The notes under the pieces: model-generated | Seen by the model: only the letters and a program-made list of their open reading frames with translations | Told to the model about the DNA's origin: nothing | Databases searched by the model: none | Program-made: the position numbers and the translations under genes | In this document: piece by piece, positions 27,600 through 44,096 of the stretch | Layout of the letters: each line of letters opens with the position of its first letter | How positions within the stretch are numbered: position 1 is the stretch's first letter | Source: the human T2T-CHM13v2.0 reference genome, Homo sapiens | Direction: 5' to 3' (one strand) | Assembly (NCBI RefSeq): GCF_009914755.1 | Contig: NC_060938.1 | DNA length: 64,000 nt

Positions 27600-28000
27600 C
27601 TATTTTAGATAGGAAAGTCAGGGAAGATTTTCATGCAGAAGAGTCATGTGAGAAGAGTTCAGTATATAAGAAAGGTATATTTATGACATAATAGTGAGTG
27701 TATCCTTGAGAAGGCATTCTCACTAGAGTGAACAGAAAGCCCAAAGCTTTGGCTTGAGTGGGAAGAAGATATAAAGGACATTTTATTTTTTTAATTTTAA
27801 TTATATGAGCTGATTTTGGAGGATTTTGAATATGGCTAGCTTATATTTCAAAAGAGTCACTGTATTGTTAGGTAGAGGATAGAATGAAGAGAAAAGACCA
27901 ATTGGATGGTTTTTGCAGTGGCCAGGGACAGAGACAGTGATGACTTGTAGGTTTAGGAACACTGGAAGTGTGAAGGAAGGCCAGATTTGCACCATATATT
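27600..28000 (-). mobile_element. L2 LINE fragment
   Basis: GTCAGGGAAGATTTTC...TTTCAAAAGAGTCACTGT...GAAGGCCAGATTTG resembles the L2 3' region. Confidence 0.5.
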
Positions 28001-28169
28001 AGTCCTAAGTTGCAACTTAATTTTGCATCCATTAATAATTTCTGACCTGGCACATGCAATTCATATCTGCCCTGTGGGGTTGGTCAGAGCCATGGACTCT
28101 GAGTCACAGATGTCTCTCTGACTTTGCTATCTTGCCCATTTCTTACACATGTTGTTTACTATGGAACGA

Positions 28170-28352
28170 TAATTTTCAAACATTATCATGCATCAAAATC
28201 CAATGGGGCACTTGGTAAAATACAAGCTGCTGGGTCCCTCTCTCAGAGATACTGATTCAGGAGGTCTTAGGCAAAGCCCAATAATTTGCATTAAGAGATT
28301 TCTAGCTTATCATGATGCTACTGGTCTGCAGACTAGGCTTTGAGAATCACTC
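28170..28352 (-). mobile_element. MER5A DNA transposon relic
   Basis: TGCATCAAAATC...GCTGGGTCCC...CTGATTCAGGAGGTCT...GATGCTACTGGTC...CTTTGAGAATCACT. Confidence 0.75.
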
Positions 28353-28360
28353 GTCTGGAC

Positions 28361-28548
28361 CGTGGATTAGCAAACTTTTTCTATAAAGAGCCACATAGCA
28401 AATAATTTTAGCTTTGTGAATCACAGAATTTCTGTTGCAGCTATTCAACTCTACTATTACCTGAGATCAGCCATAGACAAAATGTAAATAGATGAGCATG
28501 GTTGTGTTCCAAAAAATGTTTTACATAGTAGGTGCCATGTGACCCTTG
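28361..28548 (+). mobile_element. MER58A DNA transposon relic
   Basis: GCAAACTTTTTCTATAAAGAGCCA...CTATTCAACTCT...CAGCCATAGACAA...GGTTGTGTTCCAA. Confidence 0.8.
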
Positions 28549-29862
28549 CTCTAGAACATTTATTCTAGTCCTAGCTATCTCTCCTACTGCTCAATATTCT
28601 TAGATATGTATATGTATGTGTATATCAGAAAATAATATACATATTAGCATACCAGCCTGTTCTTTAATATCTCAATGTTTCTCTAGTTTATTTTTTGATA
28701 CCTTGCCAGTAATTTAAAAATTCACATTTCTAGTATTATATTATGGAAATGTAATAGTATCTTAAGTCCCCAATATTTCATTGGAAAAGTAGGAAGGCTT
28801 AGAGAAATTCTTTTAGGAATTATGTGTTAATTTTGGAGATCCAAAACACATTACAAAAGTTATTTGTTCTGTACTAAAAATTTTCTATTATAATCAGCCT
28901 TCTTATTTTAATAATAAGTCCATTACAATATGCCACAAGAAAAGACTGAGGAGGGGAGACCTAAATTAAATAAAAATAATATATTATCATTTTGCAGACT
29001 TACAAATGTAATGTAAATATAATGACATAAATAATATGAAATTTCCTGAAAGAGTGTGGCCTCTTGGTTTTTCAGAAATATTTTTAAGAATGAAAAGAAA
29101 ATCACTACGTACCGTTTTCAATAGACTGACAATAGTTTGGCAGTTTTGCTATTTGTTTATAAATCTACAAAACATAATATGTCAATTACCGCCTTGTCTC
29201 AAAGTAACACATGCAACTAAAATAGTAATGTGGGGGCACTTCTCAGGAACATTAATTAAGCAAACACTGCCATACTGTACATAATTGATATTTTCTCGGT
29301 ATTATATCCTGTTTCGTAAAATGAAAGTACCATTACTGTTTTTCCCCTTGCATTTTAGGGTGTAAATATTTAGGCTTGCTTGCTTACTTTGCAGATACCG
29401 TTTGCGTAGCTGCAAGTGTAAGTCGAGGAAAACTAAATAATTAAGGTGAGTTCACATTGTATGTGTCAGGGGTGTTTCACAAATTCAAGTCTGTGAACTC
29501 GGAATCCATCCTTTTAACTGTATCTTGCTGATTTCCTGGGTACTCAAGAATACAGTACTGTGAGAACATGGAGCAGCTCCCTCCGTGTGTAGTAATAATG
29601 TCTCACGTGGGTCAAACGAACCTAAGGATGGAGCATGAGTCATAATAACTCTGTGAATTATTCCAGTAAACACACCAATATATCTATCAACTAGGAAACT
29701 GCCAGCACCCCAGCCTCCCCACATTAATGCCTTAATGAGTCTGCAACTTAGTTGACAAAATAAGACCAAATAGACATAAGAGAAAATAGTAATAAAGTCT
29801 TGAGATCCCAGTCCTGTTACTGAAAAATTGAGTGTCATGGGAGTATCGAGTCAGATTCTCTA

Positions 29863-34240
<4,378 letters not shown>

Positions 34241-34780
34241 AAGTACAAGCGGGATTATATATTCCAGGAAGGAGTTTAAAGGAAAGATCTTCTTAGACTC
34301 TAGGAATTCATTGATTATTTCATCCATTTAACACCTATTTATTGAGCAAGTACTGAGGCTGTTTTTTTTTTATATTAAGTTGGGGCATTTAAAAGAGGAA
34401 GTGAGGAACTATTAAAAACCTGAGACATTGTGTGTTTCTAGGCACTTTAGTGATAAAGTGCTTGTTTGGAAAGACCAAGCTAAAATTCAGATTCACTGGA
34501 TTTTAATGTTACTCCAAAGACTGTTAAAACTACATCTATTTCAATATTACATTATGTATAGACTCATACATCATTAAAATGCAATATTTCTCTTTAAAAA
34601 ATGAAATAAAAAAGAGATTTATTTCATGCTGACCTGGCTCTAACAGAACTCGAGTATTTTCTGAGAAGCAAAATATCTTTTCAAGTCATTACTACAAGTG
34701 GAAAATAAAAAGTGTGTAACTAGTTACTTTAATTGTTATATAAATTCTAAGTCAAAATCTATACAGTCGTATGTGTAATT

Positions 34781-34868
34781 ATATACACACACGTGTGTGT
34801 GCACACATATACACACACGTGTGTGTGCACACATATACACACACACGTGTGTGTGCACACATATACAC
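34781..34868. repeat. 26-28-bp tandem repeat x3.3, purely alternating purine-pyrimidine
   Basis: ATATACACACACGTGTGTGTGCACAC at 34781, 34807 and 34833 (third unit has an extra CA). Confidence 0.95.
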
Positions 34869-34902
34869 CCTTCTTCCTTTGACCTTTTAATCTAATCTTT
34901 TA

Positions 34903-35185
<283 letters not shown>

Positions 35186-36567
35186 CAGGATCATTGTTAC
35201 ATTTTAGGTCTTTAGCAAATATTAAACTATATGACTACAATTTTAATAAAAATATTGAACAAGTCAACAAGTCTGGTGTCCCTTTTGAATAAGACAGACA
35301 ACAATGGAACCACCTGGAAACTCTGGCAATACGAGGTGATGACACATAAATCATAGAAGTTAGAAAGAAGTAAATATCAAACACATTGCCTTCACTCCCG
35401 CTAAAGAAAAGAACATTTTTCACAATGTTCCTCTTGTTGCTTTAATGACTTGTTTATGTGCCTTCTAGGATTACACCCAAGTCCTCTCACTTTGCTAAAT
35501 AATTTTATTTCCTTACTAGTTTGAACTCAGCAGTGACCTAATCCCACTGGTGAGTGATGGCAGCTAATGGGTTTATCTGAGGTGAATAAAGATAAATTAA
35601 GTAGCCTTCAATCGCACAGCTGACATGGGTGAAAGAATAAGGACAAACAAGGATATATACTTACAAGTTTTTATAAAATTTAATGTCAGCTTTTTTTTCC
35701 CCAAAAGATGAGAAGCTTTGAAGAAGACTAAACAGAATATACCTCATTCAATGTGTGCTATTCAATGAGCTCTGGAGTCGTATCATCTGCTCTTTCCAAG
35801 TCAATAAGACTAAGAAGCAAACAGCTCTAAAGATTCTGGCATCCCTAGTGTTTTTAGGAAGTGGATATCCCTGGTATATAATTTTCTTCCTATCCTAGCA
35901 GCCTTTGAAAGGCATACTGTATGAATATTCAATCAGATAAAGTACATATTAAGTTAAAAAATACTTTGGAAAGTATTATGTAGAATGTGAAGCCAATTTT
36001 ATGAAAGAGGTGTTAACTTTTGTAATTATATAGTCTAAATATATATTTATATGTAAATATACATATATCCTTATTATATATATCTTTTGTCTAAGTAGAC
36101 ATTTTTAGACAGAAGATAACAGTGATGCTGAGAGAGAAAAATCTAGAAAAATATCTTCAGGAATAATAAGCTATCATCTCTGGGACAATGACATTATGGG
36201 TGATTTCATTTTTAATCGCAGTCAGTGCAATTAACTACTGTTCATTTTTATACAATAAACGTATTTCACTTTCATAATTTAAAAAAATTGAATTCCTTCC
36301 CAGGAGTATCAACTTGTGACTGTATACTAGACTGGCCAAACTCGCAGAATTTAGACAATGAGGTGAAGTTTTGAAATCTAAGCACCAATATAGATCTTGA
36401 ATTTGGCATTCAGGGCAAATTGATAAATAATAGATTCTTTAATTATTAACCAATCTTGCCCTGAGAAATATGCGCATTGGAACAGATGAATTCTACAACA
36501 CTCATTCATTACAACCTACATATATATGCACACACACACACACACACCCCCACACACACACAAACAT

Positions 36568-36986
36568 ATGTCAAGGGCCAGATCCAATGCCATTCCTTCA
36601 TGAATAGATTCTTTATCTTCAACTCAAATTGGCCTCCTATCATTTCCATACCAGAAGCATCTCTTGTTAATAACCAGTGAATTGTTAATAACCATCTCTT
36701 GTTAATAGCCAATGAATTAGAAATATATTAGAAATAGCCAATGAATTAGAAATACATAACCTACTCATATATGTGTGTATATATATGCATATATATGTAT
36801 ATACATATATACATACATATACTCATATATATATATATGAGTAGGTTACACATATGAGTAGGTTACACACACACACACACGCGCGAACATGTCAAGGGCC
36901 AGCTCCAATCCCACTTCTTCATGAATAGATTCTTTACCTTCAACTCAAATTGACCTCCTATCATTTCTATACATGAAGCATCTCTT
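36568..36986 (+). repeat. Local 98-bp direct duplication with complex spacer
   Basis: 36568-36665 versus 36889-36986, 9 mismatches in 98 by manual alignment. Confidence 0.92.
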
Positions 36987-37224
36987 CCTTTATTATGTGA
37001 CTATTAGTGTCCTTGTTCATAGGTGTATCTTATCCCTTCCAGGGGACTACAAACTCACTGAGAACAGAGCATATTTTTGAATAATTTTTGTGTTATAATA
37101 TAGTGTTTTTCATAAAGTTTTGGTATCTATGGAAGACAGCAGCATTTAAAAAGCAGTAGAAATTAAGATTTAGTCTTAACTTGTTTTGGTCCAATTAACT
37201 TGTTTTTTCGGGGGGAGGAGTTAT

Positions 37225-37460
37225 ATTCCATGTGCCAGGCACTATTTTATGTATTTTCCATGTACTCAGCCTTTGAATCCTCAGAAAAATCCTATAAGGC
37301 AGATGTTATTATTATTTCCATTTTTCAAGTGAGGCAACTGAGGCTCAGAGAGGTGTAATGTTGTGATCAGTCTCACCCCTAACAGGGAGTAAAGCCAGGA
37401 CTCAGGCCCAGAAATCTATTTCCAGAGTCCACACTAGAACCTCTCCACTGTGTTGCCTGA
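37225..37460 (-). mobile_element. MIR SINE
   Basis: TGTGCCAGGCACT...GAATCCTCA...CCATTTTTCAAGTGAGGCAACTGAGGCTCAGAGAGG...TCCAGAGTCC. Confidence 0.85.
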
Positions 37461-37679
37461 CACAGAGTAAGTTCACGATAAACATTGGCTATTGCTAGTC
37501 TTGTTTTCATCAGAGGATTAATTTCACCCGTCAAATTTCTTTAATTGAATTTGAATTCCTTTAGGCAAGTTATTCACTGCCCAGTTTGTTGCTTCCCTCT
37601 TGCTCTCAATTGCCTTACACTTGTTTACACGACTTCCTGGACCCTGAAAACATCCCTCCATTTGTTTTTGTTAGTGTTG

Positions 37680-38740
37680 TTTTACAATTAGATTTAGATT
37701 ATGCATGTTTGGATAGAATACCACGGAAGGAAGAAAGTGATCTGGTGTTTTCATTGCATCCTATCACCTGGAAGAAGATATTGATTTGTCCCATTTCCAA
37801 GTATGTTAACTTTGATCACCTAATTAAGAAGGTATCTTCCAGTCTTCTCTAATATAACATTACTATTTTACCTTTTGTAATTAATAAGTGTATTCTTTGA
37901 AGAGGAATTTGAGGATGTGCAAATATCCTTTGACACCTAAAATTTTAATTAATTTCTTTCTTTATATTAGCATGGAGTTAAAGATTAAGTTAAGTATAAT
38001 TCAAGACTTACAACCCATTTCTACAAGTATTTATCATTCTGAAACTTTTTATTTGGAAAGAACTTTAGATTTACAGAAAGGTGCTATGTAGTACAGAGTT
38101 CCCATGTATCCATTCACCAAGCCTCTCCCAGTATTAATATCCTACATTACTATGACACATTTTTCAAGACTAAGAAATTAACATTGATACAATATTATTA
38201 ACTAAACTACACATTGTATTCTGATTTCACCAGTGGTTGTTCTTTTTTTAAAAAAACTAACGTCTCTTTTCTGTTCCAGAATCCGAACTAGAATAATACT
38301 TTTGCATTTATTCAATTCAGTGCTCCTGTCTCCTTAGCCTTTTCTGATTTGTGGCAATTTTTCAATCTTTCCTTTTGTTTGGTGATCTTGACGCTTCTGA
38401 AGAGTCTAGTCAGGTATTTTGTAGAAAATGCCTCAATTTTGGATTGCCTAATGTTTTCTTATGATTTATCTGAGAATCTGGCTTTTGCTGAAGAATATCA
38501 CAGCGGAGAAATGTTCTCAGTGAGTAAAATCAGCAGGTACATGATATCAACATGGCTTATGAGTGGTGTTAGCCTTGGTCACAAGGATTAGCTGGTTTCT
38601 ACCAGGTCGCTCTACATCAAGTTACTTTTAAAAAATTCTCCATTCTCCACTGATTCAAATTGAGAAAGTTCATTCAACACTCACGGGGAAGAAACTTGCT
38701 CTACCTTCTGAAGGGCAGAGTGTCAAAGAATATGCAGACA
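37680..38740 (-). mobile_element. Ancient L1M (L1MC/ME-type) 3' fragments
   Basis: TTTAGATTTACAGAAAGG...GTACAGAGTTCCCATGTATCC...AAATTAACATTGATACAATATTATTAACTAAACTAC is typical of old L1M 3'UTRs. Confidence 0.65.
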
Positions 38741-39111
38741 ACTGCAACTTGGTTTTAAATATGCAGAAAAGATCTTTCTCTAAATGAGTCCTTTTACTTC
38801 TGAGACCCACTACTTGATCAATGGCAAGATTTACTCAGTCATTTCCTTTAGGAATCACATATTTGTGATGTATTGCTCTCTCATTTTCCCCTCTAACATC
38901 TAATCAGTAAACCAGTCAGGTTATTTTCACTTCTAAAGTAGTTCTTGTCTCCATCATCTTTTATTAACTCTCACTCCCCTAAAATTATCATACTCCACCG
39001 AACATTCTTTGTAGCACTAAGTAAGCAGGTACCTTAAGTATGAAAATGCATATGTGTAATTTTAATGCTTCACATAAATTAAAATTTTATAACTGTTTAA
39101 TTTCTCAGAGC

Positions 39112-39420
39112 TGTTTTTAACTTTAAAGTTTGGGGGCACATGTGCAGGTTTCTCACATAGGTAATCTTGTGTCATGAGGGTTTGTTGTACATATTATTTC
39201 ATCTCCCAAATACTAAGCCTGGTACCCATTAGTTAGTTTTCCTAATTCTTTCCCTCTTCCCAACCTCCACCCTCTGAAAGACCCCAATGTGTGTTTTCCC
39301 CTTCTATGTGTTCATGTGGTCTCATCATTTAGCTCTCATTTATAAGTGAGAACGTACAGTATTTGTTTTTCTGTTTCTGTGTTGGTTTGCTGAGGATAAT
39401 GGCCTCCAGCTCCATCCAGG
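39112..39420 (-). mobile_element. Short 5'-truncated L1 (older L1PA) 3' end
   Basis: ACATGTGCAGGTTT...ATAAGTGAGAAC...GGATAATGGCCTCCAGCTCCATCCA; TSD TCTCAGAGC at 39103-39111 and 39421-39429. Confidence 0.9.
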
Positions 39421-39446
39421 TCTCAGAGCCTTTAAAAAATAAATGT

Positions 39447-39741
39447 AGGCAGGCACAGTGGCTCACACCTATAATCCTAGCACTTGGGGAGACTGAGGCA
39501 GGTGGACTGCTTGAGCCCAGGAGTTCGAGACCAGCCTGGGCAAGATAGTAAAACCCTGTCTCTACAAAAAATACAAAAATTAGCCAGGCATTGTGGCACG
39601 TGCCTGTATTCCCAGCTACTCAGGAGGTGAGGTGGCAGGATCACTTGAGCTCAGGAGGTGGAGGTTGCAGTGAGGCGTGATGACGCCACTGCACTTCAGC
39701 CTGAGTAACAGAGTGAGACCTGTCTCAAAAAATAAAATAAA
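39447..39741 (+). mobile_element. Full-length AluJb-like element
   Basis: GTGGCTCACACCTATAATCC...TGCTTGAGCCCAGGAGTTCGAGACCAGCCTGGGCAA...GAGACCTGTCTC; TAAATGT on both flanks. Confidence 0.93.
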
Positions 39742-41229
39742 GAGTAAATGTGTGTTGAAATGCTCCAAAAAGTGGGCATATTTCTAGTGATTTCACACTT
39801 AATGTTCCATCTTCCCTTTTTGTTTACATGAAATAACCTTTGAAAAAGTGATCCAAAGAACTCACTTTGTAAATGCTGTACCTTGATCAGATTGATTAAG
39901 TATAACCTTTTTGTTTGTTTGTTTTGTGTTTTGTCTGGTTTGTTTGTTTGTTTTGCCTTCTATGTGGTTTTGCTTGTCTAAGTTGCTGCTCTGGGAAATA
40001 TGTCACTGTCTACCATTCTCTATTTTGGCTTTTGGAAAAACTAATTACTTATCCTACTCAACTCCTATATCGTTTATTTGATATTACTGTTAGAGCATTT
40101 ATGCTCTCCATTATTTAGTAACATATGCCATGTATTATATAGTTATATAGTATCTTTGCAATTATCAATTTCTTAATAATAGAATTTCTTTGACCTGTTT
40201 TGTTATCTTTAGGCTGTGCTTAGGAGCACTCCTTCCTGGTTTGTTGGTGACTGAATGACTCATATCTTGCTCTAGATAAGACAGTGAGCTCATTTAGAGC
40301 AAGGCCTGGACTGAGATCTAGGTGCTCTGATTCTCAGGCTTGTGCTCCCTGGGATAAATAAAAGCCATTCCAATTTTAGAAAAAGTATTTCAGTGAGATT
40401 TGCTGAGGACCAATTGACCATAGTAATAATTTTAATATGGCCTATTTCAGACATAAATTAACACTTCCTAGTGTATGGAAAAATTGTTTTCCAAATTCTG
40501 CTAAAAACCAAAAGTATATTTATTTCCCAAACTAGTATTCACCTAAAGCCTATTGGAAACCTCCTGGGAAGGAAAATGAATGTGTGTTTTTCTTCCAAAA
40601 TACATGAGTAATAATATGGTAATTTCATTTCTGTTTCAATGCTCAAGTCATCTTCTTGTTTGTTTGACCCATTTCAACCATTGCCATTGTTTATGTCTTC
40701 ATTGCTGTGTAAAATATACACTTTTAACTATTAAATGAGGAACTCCAGCCAAAGTATATCTGAAAGAAAATAAAAATCTATGCCGATTATAACTGCTAAG
40801 GAAGCTACAGTTTACCCATGGTTGCAGAAAGTAAATATGTGAGTAGATGTGCAATTTATATTCTTAGTAATATTTAAAAGATATTTAAATGTTGTTAAAT
40901 GCTGATAACGGTGGCATTATGTTATTTTCAAGAACAGAGATATTTGTAAATACCGAACTCAAAAATTTACCATATATCAGAGTAATAGACAATGGCACCA
41001 GGAAAGAAGGCACCAGAACAACATGTGTAAGAGCATGACCAGCCAGCGGGCCTGAGACCTTGACCTTAGCTCCCTCCAGGGGCTGCTATGCACTGGCTGT
41101 GCCCTTATTCTGGTGTGAGGAGGGCAATTTTCCCCTTTAAGACTTTTCAGGTAAAGCCTTGGTAACTGCCTGTAATCAGACCTGAGAAAACACACATAGG
41201 TTTGTCACCAAGAGCCAAATTGCTCTGAG

Positions 41230-41780
41230 AATGCTTTTCTAGCACTTATTATGGGCAAGGAATTCTAAGTATTTTACAAAGATAAGTCATTTAATCCTTA
41301 TAAAATACAACTAGATTCATGGGGAGGTACAAAATACACATAAGATACATGCTGATATGCACACAATACACATATGATATATGCTGATTGTGTATCTGCA
41401 TGTGTGTTATGTGTATTGCATGGGTGTAGTATTTGAGTTGTCAATACATCATACCTGTATCTCTGCATTGTTCCACACTGCACCAAACTAACCATCTGAC
41501 TATGTAATTATAGCCCCCAGTGTCACGCTGAGTATTGAAATATTGAAATGTGTATTATTTTCTAGTTCACTCCATTCAGGTTTTTCATTGGAAGTCATTT
41601 TTAAGGTATAATTTAGTACACTAGATTCATATTACCATTTCCATTTTACAGATGAGAAAATTGAGGCACACAGAGATTTAAATAATTTGCCCAATATCTC
41701 AGAGTGGGGAAGTAGCAGAGCCAAAATTTTATCTCGAGAAATCTGGCCTGAAACTGCTCTAAATCACAACAGGATACTCA
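41230..41780 (-). mobile_element. MIR SINE split by a ~300-bp insertion
   Basis: First part ...AAGTATTTTACA...TCATTTAATCCT (to ~41310-41330); second part CCATTTTACAGATGAGAAAATTGAGGCACA...TTGCCCAA (from ~41630). Confidence 0.75.
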
Positions 41781-42215
41781 TTTAATTTTTCTGAGCCTAA
41801 AATCAAATTACATTTTTCATATCAACATTAAATTTTCATATCAACATTTTCCATAGCAACATTGTTGTATGGCTGTAATATACAGTGAGCTTTCTAGAAA
41901 TGTAACTACCATATAAAAGGGGATTAAATGTGAGAATGTTGTACTTTCGTTTTCAAGTTTGCCGAGAATGGTTCATATTTCAGAAATTCACATTTCTAAC
42001 AGCGACATTACCTGCAGTATTTGAGCTGTCAATACATCATACCTGTATCACTGCATTTGTTCCACACTACATAAACAAAAGCATCTGACTATGTAATTAT
42101 AGCCCCCAGTGTCATGCTGAGTATTGAAATATTGAAATGTGTATTATTTTCTAGTTCACTCCATTCAGGTTTTTCATGGGAAGTCAACTTTATTAGGGTA
42201 TAATTTAATACACTA
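41428..42215 (+). repeat. Local ~200-bp dispersed duplication
   Basis: 41428-41623 versus 42016-42215, about 90% identical by eye. Confidence 0.92.
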
Positions 42216-42530
42216 AAATTCAAACTTTTTCTATGAATTCTGACAAACACACACAGCTGTGTAGGCAGCAATTGAGATTTGGGACCATTCCATCAACCCT
42301 CCAAATTTTTCCTCTACCTCTTTGGAGATCTGATCTTCCTCACAATACACATACGATGCATGCTAATACACAAAAAGTGTGTGCCAGTAGTTTATTCATT
42401 TTTAATACTGAAGAATATTTCCTTAAATGGATGTCCCTCAGCTGTTTATCCCTTCATCCACTGAAGAACATTTGAGTTGGTGTTAGTTTGGGATAACTAT
42501 AAATAAAGCCTCTATCAACATTCTTATTCA

Positions 42531-42561
<31 letters not shown>

Positions 42562-43890
42562 CTATGTTTATATGAACATCAATTTTTATTTATGTTGAAT
42601 AATGATGACCTAGGAGTAAAATTGCTGGATTGTATGATAAGCGTGTATTTAACTTTACAAGAAACTGGTAAATTCTTTGGCAAAGAAGCCATATCATTTG
42701 ACATTCCAACTAGCAGTTTATGAGAGTACCATTTAATTTGCATCCCCACCAGCTCTTGATTTAATCAGGATTTTTCTAATTGCTTCTAATTGACATGTAG
42801 TATATCACATTGTGGTTTTAATTTGAATTTGCCTAATGACTAATAATGTGGAGCACTTTTTCATGTGTTGATTTGTGCTATATATCTTCATTTGTGAACT
42901 GTCTGTTCAAAACTGTGTCCAATCTTTTACTGGGTGGTTTCATAATATTGCTTGTTGAGATTTCTTAATATATTCTGGATACAAATGGCTTATTAAATAT
43001 TTGTTTTACAAAACTTTGTTCCAATTTATGGCTTTTCTTTTCATTTTCTTAGCAAAGCCAATTGAATAAAGGTTTTAAGTTTTGATAAAGTCAAATTTAT
43101 AAATTTTTTTATTTATAGTCCATGCTTTTGGTATTGTGTCTAAGTCTCCTCCAAGATCAAAAAGATTTTTATTCAGTGGTTGCCTCTAGTAATTTGATAT
43201 TTCAGGGCTTAATATTAGGTCTTTGAGGTATGAGATATGGGTTGAGGGTCATTTATTTTCATTTGGACATTCAATTGTTCTAGAATCAGTTTTAGAAAAC
43301 TTTGTTATTTCACCTTAGAATTGCCTTGCACCTTTGTCCAGAATAAATTGGCCATATATCTGTGTGTCTGTTTAGTAGTCGTTATTGTGCCTCTATTAAT
43401 CTAGGTATGTATCTTTTTGCCAAGACTACACTCTCTGGATTACTATGCCTTTATAGTAAGTCTTGGAATCAGCTAGTATGAGTCCTCCAACTTTGTTCTT
43501 CTTTGTCGAAATTGTTTTGACTCTTCTGTTTCCTTTACTTTACCGTAGAATACTCAGACTCAGCCAGCTGATCTTTAAAAGTTCAGCTTGCTTTTTTTGA
43601 TTGAGATTGTGTTGAATGTATAGGCTAGTTTGTAGAAAATGGATATCTCAACAATATTGGGTCTTTCAATTCATTCACATGATATATCTCTCCTTGGATT
43701 TAGGTTTTCTCAGTTTGTTTTGTTTAACCGTGTTAAACTTTTCAGTATTCAGATCTTGAACTCATATTATTCAATTCATGTCTAAGGGTTTCATTGTAAA
43801 TAGCACTGCTTCATTTAAATTTCCATTTTTTTTTGTTGACAGAATATGGAAATATATTTGATTTTTAATAATATTTGATATATCCTGCAA
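42187..43890 (-). mobile_element. Ancient L1ME/MC fragment containing a (TG)n at ~42533-42561
   Basis: TTGTGGTTTTAATTTGAATTTGCCTAATGACTAATAATGTGGAGCAC, GAGTCCTCCAACTTTGTTCTTC and other antisense ORF2 landmarks. Confidence 0.8.
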
Positions 43891-43934
43891 AAGGACTACA
43901 TTACAGCACCAGTCAAAGGTTTAGGAGACTGCAG

Positions 43935-44096
43935 ACACAAAATGCATTTGATTAAAACTTTATGAGACTCTAAGCTGAAAGCTCTAAGTCAAGCAACTCT
44001 TGAACTGATTCACAGAATCTGCGTGATAATAAATGTATTGTTTAAAGCCGCTAAGTTTTGGGATAATTTGTTTTGCAGCTGTAGGTAACTAATGCA
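43935..44096 (+). mobile_element. MLT1 (E/F-like) LTR 3' fragment
   Basis: CACAGAATCTGCGTGATAATAAATG...AAGCCGCTAAGTTTTGGGATAATTTG...TAACTAATGCA. Confidence 0.75.
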
